Shown here: piece after piece, positions 24,449 through 36,105 of the stretch | Layout: each line of letters opens with the position of its first letter | Position numbering within the stretch: position 1 is the stretch's first letter | Assembly (NCBI GenBank): GCA_002269645.1 | Contig: NIVC01002395.1 | Location: 1-64,000 of the forward strand | From: Macrostomum lignano | Lineage: Eukaryota | DNA length: 64,000 nt | Direction: 5' to 3' | The notes under the pieces: generated by a model | Told to the model about the DNA's origin: nothing | The model's input: only the letters and a program-made list of their open reading frames with translations | Database searches by the model: none | Translations under genes and position numbers: made by a program

Positions 24449-26182
24449 ATGTACAAGAACTTCAAGAATTCCCAAGCAGCATCCGGTAAGGCTTTTTTGG
24501 TTTCAAATTTTAATTATCAGTAAAAACTGATTCTCGTGCGCTTAAAATTGTATTATGAATTGATTTTTTCAGGAAATTCTCTTCAGAAAGCAAAAGTGAT
24601 TTTTGTTTTGGGTGAGTCGCAGTTTACACAACTGGTATTTGAACTCGGGCGGATTTGTGGGCTGAGCAGCCCGTTCTAATGCTGACTGAGTTTCCGTGTA
24701 TTTATTTTGGGTACATTAATTAATTAATGTGCTGGACTTAAGTTATGAATAAGCTGGAATCTGGTCATGAATGAGTTGGAATCTGGTCATGAATGGGTTG
24801 GAATCTGGTCATGAATGAGTTGGAATCTGGTCATGAATGGGTTGGAATCTGGTCATGAATGGGTTGGAATCTGGTCATGAATGAGTTGGAATCTGGTCAT
24901 GAATGGGTTGGAATCTAGTCATGAATGAGTTAGAATCTGGTCATGAATGGGTTGGAATCTGGCGTCATAAATGAGTTCGAGTCGGGTCATAAATGAGTTG
25001 GAGTCAGGTCATAAATGAGTTGGGATCGGGTCATGAGTTGGAGTCAGGTCATTAATGAGTTGGAATCAGGTCGTGAGTTGGAGTCAGGTCATTAATGAGT
25101 TGGAATCGGGTCATGAGTTGGAGTCAGGTCATTAATGAGTTGGAATCAGGTCGTGAGTTGGAGTCAGGTCATAGATGAGTTGGGATCGGGTCATGAGTTG
25201 GAGTGGGTCATAAATGAGTTGGAGTCTCAAACCGGCCGAACTCAAGGCGGTCCCGGCAGCGGCAAGGGCACCCAGTGCGAGCGCATTGTCAAGGACTACG
25301 GCCTGACCCACTTGTCCTCGGGTGACCTGCTCCGCAGCGAGGTGGAGTCCGGGTCAGCTCGGGGCAAGCGGCTCAAGGACATCATGGAGCGTGGCGAGCT
25401 GGTGTCCCTGGACATTGTTCTCGAGCTGATCCGGGACGCCATGACCAATAACGCGTCAAGTCGTGGGTTCCTAATTGATGGCTTCCCGCGCGAGCTGGAG
25501 CAGGGCGTCCGCTTCGAGAAGGAGGTGGCGCCCTGCCAGTTTGTGCTGTTCTTCGACGTATCCGAGGCGGTGATGCAGCAGCGGCTGCTGAAACGAGGCG
25601 AGACCAGCGGCCGAGTTGACGACAACGAGGCCACTATTAAGAAACGGTTCCACACCTTCCAGGAGCTGACCAAACCCGTGATTGAGCACTACCGACAGCA
25701 GAGCAAGGTTGTGCAGGTGAGTGACGTGTTCGAGGTAATCAGGTACTATAGATCTGCTAGCTATAGATCTGCTAGCTATAGATCTGCTAGCTATAGATAT
25801 GCTAGCTATAGATCTGCTAGCTATAGATCTGCTAGTAGCTATAGATCTGCTAGTAGCTATAGATATGCTAGCTATAGATCTGCTAGTAGCTTTAGATCTG
25901 CTAGTAGCTATAGATCTGCTAGTAGCTATAGATCTGCTAGCTATAGATCCGCTAGTAGCTATAGATCTGCTAGCTATAGATCTGCTAGTAGCTATAGATC
26001 TGCTAGCTATAGATCTGCTAGCTATAGATCTGCTAGCTTCCAACTATTCTCAGTTGCGTCAAAAGGAACCACTTGTAAATAAGATAATAATGAGTTGATT
26101 TTCAATCCAGATTGACGCGTCAGGCTCTGTGGATGCCGTGTTCGGCCAGGTGAAGTCGGCTCTGGAATCCCGAGGTCTTTGA
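24449..26182 (+). CDS. AK1: Adenylate kinase 1-like (myokinase); exons 24449-24485, 24573-24611, 25247-25716, 26111-26182; 205 aa
   Basis: VIFVLG|[11 protein letters not shown]-loop split by intron 2; HLSSGDLLR; FLIDGFPR; short [14 protein letters not shown]; GT-AG introns; total 618 nt. Exon 1 is the least certain. Confidence 0.93.
24744..25225. repeat. ~22-bp minisatellite (GAATGAGTTGGAATCTGGTCAT)n and variants in AK1 intron 2
   Basis: Direct. Confidence 0.93.
25748..26040. repeat. 15/18-bp minisatellite (GCTAGCTATAGATCT / GCTAGTAGCTATAGATCT) in AK1 intron 3
   Basis: Direct. Confidence 0.95.
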
Positions 26183-27718
26183 AATCGGCATGACTGACGT
26201 TAGAAAACGCCCCTATCAGACAGATTAATTCGTTTTAACCAAAAAGTTTTTAATATATTTTAAATGCTTAATTCTCAGCTAGTTCCTTCGCTACCAAGCT
26301 TTGTTAGTTGTTCGCTTTTTAAAGCCCAAAAATATTACAACTGTGGTACTGTTTTATAACACTTTTTACAACAGTTTATACATAGAATTGATCTTGTAGC
26401 TACCACCCCCTGAAGCTAACAAACATCCTATGTTCAAATGCTCAAAATTTTATTAAAAATGCTATTGATTCGTTAAGAGTTCTATTTTTTGAAACCAAAG
26501 TACGAATAAATTAATAATTTAAAAACATATTTAAGAAACTTATTGGTTTCTATTGCATCCTAGCAAACGATGACGTAACCACCTGTTGAAGGTCCAGAAG
26601 CTCCGCTTGGGTGAAGGCCAGTGACCAACGAAGTCAGAGCTGATGCAAACACGTGTGGTCAACGTGCGCAGCTGATGAAATTTGGGAGGCTTGGCAAGGC
26701 CTCACTGAGGCGCAGTGCTGATTAGTCTGACCTTCTGGCAGAATCGTTGGATATCTGAGCGGTACATAAGGCTGGCGACGACTTGATTCTTGCTTGAGAA
26801 GATGCGAAAAAAATCGTTACCCAGCTGTGTTCTTGAATTTCGTGTGCCTGCGTTGCTGCGTTCCAGCACAGCAAAAATTGTCACGGGGGCCGGGGGCTCA
26901 TTAGTAAGCAACAGGGGAATCTGGTTCTGGGCTTGGTATTCTTAATGCAACTGCAGTCGTCCGTGCTATAGCGACTATAACTTATTTAAGCGGTTGGCCC
27001 ATAGCCAGCTACTGACAAAATATCGAAGTCATTTAAGTCCAGAGTCAGTTAGGTCATTTAAGCAAATTTTGTTTGTAAGTGGACACTAGAACCTCCATTC
27101 ATTATTATACTTGGACTGTAGTTTAGAACTTTGTTTGACTGACTTGAGAGATTCTAAGAAAAAGCGTGCCCATTTAAACGCGAAACGCAGACCAATTTAA
27201 CAGCAGCGATTGCCTCACAATAGCCAAACCACTTCACTGTTCAGTGTTCACTATATATGCTATAATCTGAAAAAACATACTATAAATTTGATAAATACAT
27301 CATGCCATATATGTAATGTACTTTCAATAAAAATTGATTTTCTGCTGCTGTAAGTAAGGCCTAGTGTAAGAGAATTCTTTTTTGAATCCGAAGCAACTTA
27401 TTTTTATACTTTTTCTTAATTCCTAAATCATATCAATAGTGGTCTTGACTTTGTGCGAATCCATCTTTAGGTGCCTAAACTGATCTGTCCAATTAATCAA
27501 TGGCAATGTACCTAAACTTTAAATCTTAGAATGTTTGCCAGGCCTTGGCTAGGGCCTAAGTTGGCTTATTATTAAGTCTGAGATGAGCGGGTTATTAAAT
27601 GGTAATTTATAAGACTATTATAGAAATTTTAATAAAAATATTGGAGTACTTATACTATACTCATAGGTTTGGCTGCCATGTCTTATGTCTATGGGTTCTC
27701 AATCTCAGTGTTGGGCAC

Positions 27719-27981
27719 ATACATGCGCAACTGCTGGCTGACCTGGCCAATCTGGCCACCGTAAATTGTGCTGCACCAGGGGCAAGTCGCAAAAATGCCC
27801 ATCCTAAAGAATAGATGTAGTACTAATTAGATGACGAGGCATTTAGCCCTTATAAGACAGTCATAGTTACTCCTGCCGTTTAACCCAAAATTGCGTAAGG
27901 GTTTCTTTCACAGGTAAGTCGCATTTTTGGTCAAAAAGTAAGTCGCATGGCCAGTGTAAATCAGGGGGGTTGCGCATGTAT
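27719..27981. mobile_element. MULE-type MITE, 13-bp TIR ATACATGCGCAAC, 10-bp TSD TGTTGGGCAC
   Basis: TSD at 27709-27718 and 27982-27991 directly abuts perfect TIRs. Confidence 0.8.
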
Positions 27982-28162
27982 TGTTGGGCACCATTAATAA
28001 AAATCTTAACATCAATTAGGCCCCTAATGGCAAAAGTGTTAGTGTTAAATAAGTTAAAACAAAAAAATCTTAACTTATTAACTCTTAATTTTGTTAAGTT
28101 AACTGAAAGTTAACTGATAATTGTTAATAAGCATTAATCCATTAAAGTTAACATAGAAAATA

Positions 28163-28455
28163 GCAATGGTTAGAGTTCTGGCACCAGAACCCATTTTCTA
28201 ATGGCTATGGATCTGGCAATGGTATGTATTCCAGTAGTGCAATTCATGGGTATAATATAGCAGAAACATTTTACTTTTTAACAAGTGGTTGATATTGAGA
28301 TTTTGTTCAAGATAAGATCAAAACGAAATGATAAGATTCAAATCAAGATACTTTAATGTTCAAGACTTCATTAGTAGATAACTGCCTGCAGAAGACTGCC
28401 AGATCCATAGACATTAGAAAACGGGTTCCAGTGCCGCCGGAACCCTAGCCATAAC
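28163..28455. mobile_element. MULE-type MITE with ~50-bp imperfect TIRs and 11-bp flanking direct repeat CATAGAAAATA
   Basis: GAGTTCTGGCACCAGAACCCATTTTCTAATGGCTATGGATCTGGCA is mirrored at ~28395-28447; direct repeats at 28152-28162 and 28456-28466. Confidence 0.75.
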
Positions 28456-31386
28456 CATAGAAAATACAGAAATCTTTCATAACTTTTAGTGTATACTTGG
28501 CATACAATTTTTTTTAAATCTGGCATACCATTTCCTAATACTAAAACTGACGCGATGTTTGTGTGTATGTATGTTGTAAGTGAACTCCTACAATTCTGGC
28601 AAGTCAGCATCAAAACTTATATAGAAAAACAGCAAATTTTTTGGATCAGGCTTTAGGCTATTTTAATTTTTAATTTTCACATTTTCACATAATTTTCAAA
28701 TTGTGAAATAAAAGTAAATTTAAATGGAAAGTAGTTATTTTGAAAGAATAAAAGAAATCTTTGAGCCTCATTTTTTCTAGGATTACAATTTTTTCTAGGT
28801 TGGAAAAATTTGGCATAAATTTGTGTACCAAATAAATTGTGGGAGATTTTAGTCCAATGTACATTCAGGGTGTTCCAAACTATGGCAATAATGCACTGTC
28901 TGCTTTTCCACCCTTTTAATGATACATCAAGGTATCACTAACTGGGATTTCTAAGCTAGAAAGTAAAAAAGAATAATTTAAAAAAATTGCATGCATAATA
29001 CTATTAAAAGTAAGCATATGGTAAAAGAAGTAACTTGTTTATTTGAAACTTGAAAGCTAATTAGTTAATAATAAAATATGAATAAAAGCATTATTTTAGT
29101 AGCATTAGCAGGTGCAGCAGAAAGTTACAAAAGATTTAGAAAGAAATGAATCAAAGCAATCAATGCCCACATGCAAGCATTATTAAATTTCATTAGTAGG
29201 AACTTAAGAAGTTGTTAAATTGCATGATCATCGTTATAAACAAAAATTAGGCATTTAAGCTTATAGATAGATTTGAGTATATTCCCAATGTTGTAACTTC
29301 TCCTCAGACTTATATTTTTGTTCTTTCTTTGGGTCTTTGGTCATTGACATATCATTAACACAAATTTGTTAATTCATTAGTGCAAAAAATCTTAATGGCA
29401 GTCTATTAACATTAATGAAAAATCTTAATGCTTATTAATGCTTATTAATAGATTAATGCCTACTAATGGACTAGTGCCCAACACTGAGTTCTATGACATT
29501 TTGTCAAAAGCCTTTTTGTCAAACAGTCATTTTGTTTTATTAGGGAAGCCTATTTCATCAAATGATTGAAAGTAATAGGTAAATAAGTTGTATAATGTTC
29601 ATTATTAAGAAAATTAAATTGTAATGAATATTTTATGCAATCAGATAATCAAAGCTATGTAACCTGGTTTCCCCTAGGAGTCACTAGCCTATTCAAGTAA
29701 AAAGAAAGAAAATGTTATTTCTTGGAAACTTTTAGGAGGTAGTGAGATAGCAGGGGTTTGGTGGAAAGCCACACTCTCAAATCTGTTACATTTGTATGCT
29801 ATGCTGGAAAAGTGATCCCCTCAACTATAAATTCAAGTTTATGCCAGAAAAACATACTTGTAGGCTTAATATATATATGTCTATATACCAGAGTCTAAAC
29901 ATTATCAAAAAAATGTTGCAACAATAAAGAAACCTTTCTTGGATTATGACATTTTGGTCTTTTGTATACAAGTAGATACGCCATTTGCCAGCTCTGTGGC
30001 ACAATTTTCCAGCAAATTGTTCTGTATACTAGCTATACACAATAGATGTCTCTAGTATATATTTGCTGTGCTATATTTAGCCTGGCATATATTCCAACAT
30101 ACAAAAAATTATGGCTTACAAACTTGGCATACACATTGGTAACACTGGCATACATTTTTACTTTTGTCACTTTTGTTACTTCTATACAATTCTAACCAAA
30201 TGTAATTTTAATATAAAAGTAAAAATAGTATAAAAATGAAAAATGTTATTTTTTTATATTAAAACAAATAGTTTAATATTACAAAACTTTCAAACTAAAA
30301 ATCAATTAGTATAGAATGCAATAAATGAAGCATTTTTTCTTATTCTTTTAAAAAGTGGCTATATAAAATTAAAAAATAAAAAAAATATTTATTTTCATTT
30401 TGTAGGAAACATCAATCAAGTTACATGACCTCTTTTTAGAAAACACTTGTCCAAGAGTCAAATTACCTTTGTAGAGAAAATTTTGGCCTACAATTAGCCA
30501 TCACCAAAAATCACTCTGGCATACACCTGCCACCTTCCTGATTATGGTATACTGGATATTTTTGCCAACCATTTTTTGCGTCTATTGTATGCCAGAATTT
30601 TCTAGAATATATGTAAGATTTGGGAGAAGGGGTATAAAGAAAAATTGAGGACTGGGGCAATCTAGAAATTTTAGAATGTCTACTTGCATTTAAGTTTGCA
30701 TGATTAAATCTAGAAAATATTGTGCAACAGAATCTCATTTCTATCTACAATCCTCCATGCCCTGTTTGAGTGCCACATAAGGCATGGAAGATCGTGGAGT
30801 TGGAGCAGACTTTATTGATGTTGACCAAGTTCAATCTTCTTTAGCCTCTGTTGGACTTCTTTGGTGACCACTTGGAGCATGGCCAGCTGTGGCTAGTCTT
30901 CATCTTCAGTCGCTGTATCCTTCTTATGGGATTCTGTGGCCACTCAAAAGAGTTTTTGACATTTTGTATGCTGGCAGTAGTGAGGACAGGGGAGAATCTT
31001 AAATGCTCCTCTTGCCTTCTTAGATAGGATGACATATTTGCACTATGTGGATCAACAGTTTACATCTAGTGGGGATGGTTTGAACTAAGTGGTAGACCTC
31101 ACCTATCCCAATATTATGTTTGACCTTAGTCAAAATGATTTTTTAGGCTATTTTGCTATTGGTATTACTGCTAGTATTAAATTTAGTATATCAAAGAAGC
31201 AGGTATGGAATACTCGTAGAATATAATTCATTCTATTGCTATTGTCAGCCAAGTTGATACTTTAGCCAAACAAGTTGAGATTTGGTTTTGTCCATAGACA
31301 GACAGGCGTAAAATAGGGCAGGCAAGTTGATAATTCTGATCTTTACTACATGAAAGTTGATGTTAAAGAATGACTTTAAGAATGAC

Positions 31387-31520
31387 TTTTGGGTAAACGG
31401 CAGGAGTAACTTTGACTGTCTTATCAAGGCTTAATGCCTCGTCATCTAGTTAGTGCTATGTCTATTAGTACTTACCTTGGCTGGGCCCCTCGCTAGCCGG
31501 CCGGGTGTTGCGCATGTATT
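31387..31520 (-). mobile_element. Partial inverted copy of the 27719-27981 MITE, ~100 bp upstream of the ZNF830 ATG
   Basis: 31387-31466 is the reverse complement of 27810-27890 with a few mismatches; GTTGCGCATGTAT end present. Confidence 0.7.
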
Positions 31521-31619
31521 CTATCTATCAACACTAGGGTTCTTATGCTTATTCTATTCTCAATTTACAGTAAACAGAGCAACCACATTAACAATTTGTT
31601 GCAGCAACTACTGGTAGCC

Positions 31620-34600
31620 ATGGATAATAAAGCTAGCAAAAGCAAAGAAGAAATTAGGCGAATGATGCGGCTCACAGCCGCTAAGATGCAACTGAAAAAG
31701 CCTTCTAATGTGGTAAATAACTCTGAGGCAGCTGCTGCTGCAACTGCGACAACTTCGTCTAGCAGTTCAGCTGCACTCGATGACACAGATTCAGTCAAGG
31801 GCCACCCATTTGCCAGGTTGGTGTGCAAAGCTTTGGATCTGCGTATATCATGCGATATGTTTGCAAACACATTCATTTTGTTTAAGTCTGGAGTTGCGCT
31901 CTCGAGACACGTTGATTTGATCTAGAGACATTTCTAATAGTTTTTAGCTGGTAGATCTTTAGGCATCTATCACCAGATTAATCTCTTATATTGGATCTAT
32001 AGACACTATTTTCATCAGATAGATTAGAGATCTGTAGACACTCATAGTTACATCTGTCAGATCTATAGACACCCATAGTTACATCTGTCAGATCTATAGA
32101 CACCCATAGTTACATCTGTCAGATCTATAGACACCCATAGTTACATCTGTCAGATCTATAGACACCCATAGTTGCGTCTATTAGATCTGTAGACAGTCAT
32201 AGTTACATCTGTCAGATCTATAGACACCCATAGTTACATCTGTCAGATCTATAGACACCCATAGTTACATCTGTCAGATCTATAGACACCCATAGTTACA
32301 TCTGTCAGATCTATAGACACCCATAGTTACATCTGTCAGATCTATAGACACCCATAGTTACATCTGTCAGATCTATAGACACCCATAGTTGCGTCTATTA
32401 GATCTGTAGACAGTCATAGTTACATCTGTCAGATCTATAGACACCCATAGTTACATCTGTCAGATCTATAGACACCCATAGTTACATCTGTCAGATCTAT
32501 AGACACCCATAGTTACATCTGTCAGATCTATAGACACCCATAGTTACATCTGTCAGATCTATAGACACCCATAGTTGCGTCTATTAGATCTGTAGACAGT
32601 CATAGTTACATCTGTCAGATCTATAGACACCCATAGTTACATCTGTCAGATCTATAGACACCCATAGTTACATCTGTCAGATCTATAGACACCCATAGTT
32701 ACATCTGTCAGATCTATAGACACCCATAGTTACATCTGTCAGATCTATAGACACCCATAGTTACATCTGTCAGATCTATAGACACCCATAGTTGCGTCTA
32801 TTAGATCTGTAGACAGTCATAGTTACATCTGTCAGATCTATAGACACCCATAGTTACATCTGTCAGATCTATAGACACCCATAGTTACATCTGTCAGATC
32901 TATAGACACCCATAGTTACATCTGTCAGATCTATAGACACCCATAGTTACATCTGTCAGATCTATAGACACCCATAGTTGCGTCTATTAGATCTGTAGAC
33001 AGTCATAGTTACATCTGTCAGATCTATAGACACCCATAGTTACATCTGTCAGATCTATAGACACCCATAGTTACATCTGTCAGATCTATAGACACCCATA
33101 GTTACATCTGTCAGATCTATAGACACCCATAGTTACATCTGTCAGATCTATAGACACCCATAGTTACATCTGTCAGATCTATAGACACCCATAGTTACAT
33201 CTGTCAGATCTATAGACACCCATAGTTGCGTCTATTAGATCTGTAGACAGTCATAGTTACATCTGTCAGATCTATAGACACCCATAGTTACATCTGTCAG
33301 ATCTATAGACACCCATAGTTACATCTGTCAGATCTATAGACACCCATAGTTACATCTGTCAGATCTATAGACACCCATAGTTACATCTGTCAGATCTATA
33401 GACACCCATAGTTGCGTCTATTAGATCTGTAGACAGTCATAGTTACATCTGTCAGATCTATAGACACCCATAGTTACATCTGTCAGATCTATAGACACCC
33501 ATAGTTACATCTGTCAGATCTATAGACACCCATAGTTACATCTGTCAGATCTATAGACACCCATAGTTACATCTGTCAGATCTATAGACACCCATAGTTA
33601 CATCTGTCAGATCTATAGACACCCATAGTTGCGTCTATTAGATCTGTAGACAGTCATAGTTACATCTGTCAGATCTATAGACACCCATAGTTACATCTGT
33701 CAGATCTATAGACACCCATAGTTACATCTGTCAGATCTATAGACACCCATAGTTACATCTGTCAGATCTATAGACACCCATAGTTACATCTGTCAGATCT
33801 ATAGACACCCATAGTTGCGTCTATTAGATCTGTAGACAGTCATAGTTACATCTGTCAGATCTATAGACACCCATAGTTACATCTGTCAGATCTATAGACA
33901 CCCATAGTTACATCTGTCAGATCTATAGACACCCATAGTTACATCTGTCAGATCTATAGACACCCATAGTTACATCTGTCAGATCTATAGACACCCATAG
34001 TTACATCTGTCAGATCTATAGACACCCATAGTTACATCTGTCAGATCTATAGACACCCATAGTTACATCTGTCAGATCTATAGACACCCATAGTTGCGTC
34101 TATTAGATCTGTAGACAGTCATAGTTACATCTGTCAGATCTATAGACACCCATAGTTACGTCTGTCAGATCTACAGACACCCATAGTTACATCTGTCAGA
34201 TCTATAGACACCCATAGTTGCGTCTATTAGATCTATAGACACCCATAGCTGCATCTATCAGATCTATAGACACCCATAGTCACATCTGTCAGATCTATAG
34301 ACACACATAGCTGCATCTATCAGATCTATAGACAGACATCTCAACCCACCTACCCAGGTACAACTCTCTCAACCAGCTCACCTGTATTCTGTGCGGCTGC
34401 CCAGTGAAGTCCAGCTTACTCTGGCGCGCCCATCTGGCCTCGCGCGGTCACCGGGCCAACGCGGAGGCGCTGCGGTCCCGCGGCGGCGACCGAGCCGTGG
34501 AGATCCTGTCCGGTGCCGGGCTGAAGCGCCGGCTGCAGGAGACGTCTGAGAAGCAGCAGAAGAAGCAGCCGTCGTCTGCTCTGGGCCTGGCCTACTCCGA

Positions 34601-35623
34601 CGACGAAGAAGAAGCTGAGGACCCCGCGCCCAGCAAGAAATCTCAGCAACTGCATCAGAAACAATCGTCTGCTTCTTCTAGCCTGCTTAATAGGCAGCCT
34701 CAGCAGCAGAAGAAGCAACAGCAACAACAGCAGCAGCAATTGCCCGAAGGCTTTTTCGACGATCCGGTAGCCGACGCGCGAGCCCGGAACGTGCCCTACA
34801 AAGACCGGATGGAGGAGGAGCTCGAGCTGTTCGCTAAGGAGATGCGCGACGCCCAGGTTGAATCGGACAAAATTGCCGAGCAGGCTGAAGAGGAAGCCGA
34901 CAATGTGCGGTACCTGGAAGAGATTATCACGCAGGAGTGAGTGTCTTGGGGAATGTGTATTTTAATGATTGTTATGTTTAAATTGTGGATTCTGGGATCA
35001 GAATTATGTCAAATTCAGGGATCAGGAATATCCTCATCGTTCACGGATCAGGAATCCCCTTTAATCAGAGATGAGAAAAATCCCCATAATTCAGGAATCA
35101 GAATTATCCCTATTATTCATGGATCAGAAAAATCCTATTATTCAGGGATCAGAAAAATCCCCACTATTCAGAGTTCAGAAAAATCCCCATTATTCAGGAA
35201 TCAGAATTATCCATTATTCAGGGATCAGAAAAATCCCCACTATTCAGAGTTCAGAAAAATCCCCATTATTCAGGGATCAGAAATATCCTCATTATTCAGG
35301 GATCAGAAATATCCTCATTATTCAGGGATCAGAAAAATCCCCGCTATTCAAAGTTTTCACTTATCCCCATTTTTCAAAGTTATCTATCTTAAATTATCCC
35401 ACATGCATCGCACTCCCAACTTATTCATCCCCACCCCAGGGAGACCTGGCATCGACTTAACGAACTTGAACTGTTGAAGGAGGCGGCGACCATCAAGCAG
35501 GAGGCAAAATCGGCGATGAAGCTGGAACCGGCAGCTGGCGACGGCTCGCCAACTGATGAAGCCGACATTGATGAGGCAGAGCTTGAGCTCGGATTGGACT
35601 GTTGGCGGAAAAAGAAATTATAA
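31620..35623 (+). CDS. ZNF830: Zinc finger protein 830 (CCDC16), intact copy; exons 31620-31816, 34358-34936, 35440-35623; 319 aa
   Basis: KEEIRRMM..HPFAR|YNSLNQLTCILCGCPVKSSLLWRAHLASRGH (C2H2); LPEGFFDDPVADARARNV; EELELFAKEM; acidic tail ending CWRKKKL; total 960 nt, GT-AG. Confidence 0.92.
32027..34336. repeat. 31-bp minisatellite (ATCTATAGACACCCATAGTTACATCTGTCAG)n in ZNF830 intron 1, copy 1 (~74 units)
   Basis: Direct; variant unit TTGCGTCTATTAGATCTGTAGACAGTCATAG recurs every ~5-8 units. Confidence 0.98.
34990..35350. repeat. Degenerate 27-bp repeat (TATTCAGGGATCAGAAAAATCCCCACT) in ZNF830 intron 2; also ~43599-43959 and ~52671-53031
   Basis: Direct; source of the IIQGSEKSP pseudo-ORF. 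Confidence 0.85.
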
Positions 35624-36105
35624 CTGGAACTATTGTAAGACTACTTATAGTAACGATCGTGCATATTAATTTTACTTTCTATTCAATAGCAAGCGCGTCA
35701 AGGCAGGATCACGTGACTTAGTTTTTTATCAATGTGCAGTGTAGAACAGATGTACATTTGCCAGCTGATTGGACAGTTAAATAAACCCTAAATAAAATTT
35801 ATTTTTTAAATAATAAACTGTAAATAATTGGTCCGTTTGAATGTTAATAAAACAACCTATTAATTACTACGAATTTTTCCTTAAGTCGTTTTTTCACGAT
35901 TATATGTTCTTGGTATTGGATACTTTGGGGAGATGATCTAATGGGATGGCGCATGACTGCTTTGGAGCATGGGAAGCAATTAATTCCACGGGGGGAATTT
36001 GATGCACCGCGTAGGGCGATGGTGAGGCGGCGGAGATGGCTCTGCTGTCCAACGAATGGATAAAAGCTTGGGCTTTATGACTGCGTTGAGACCGATGAGA
36101 CTGCC

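Larger units (their letters stand above)
27706..29486. mobile_element. hAT-like non-autonomous element (TIR CAGTGTTGGGCAC) hosting two nested MITEs
   Basis: CAGTGTTGGGCAC at 27706 and GTGCCCAACACTG at 29474-29486; no TSD recognised. Confidence 0.55.

Noticed and set aside
25135-26082. 315-aa ORF as a single-exon adenylate kinase
   Set aside because: It fuses satellite-derived flanks to exon 3; the spliced model restores the conserved [14 protein letters not shown].
26570-26911. GC-richer island with a 69-aa minus-strand ORF
   Set aside because: No recognisable motif or splice pattern; left unassigned.
28900-31240. Possible decayed transposase between the inverted MITE copies
   Set aside because: Frames are riddled with stops and no DDE or hAT motif could be identified with confidence.
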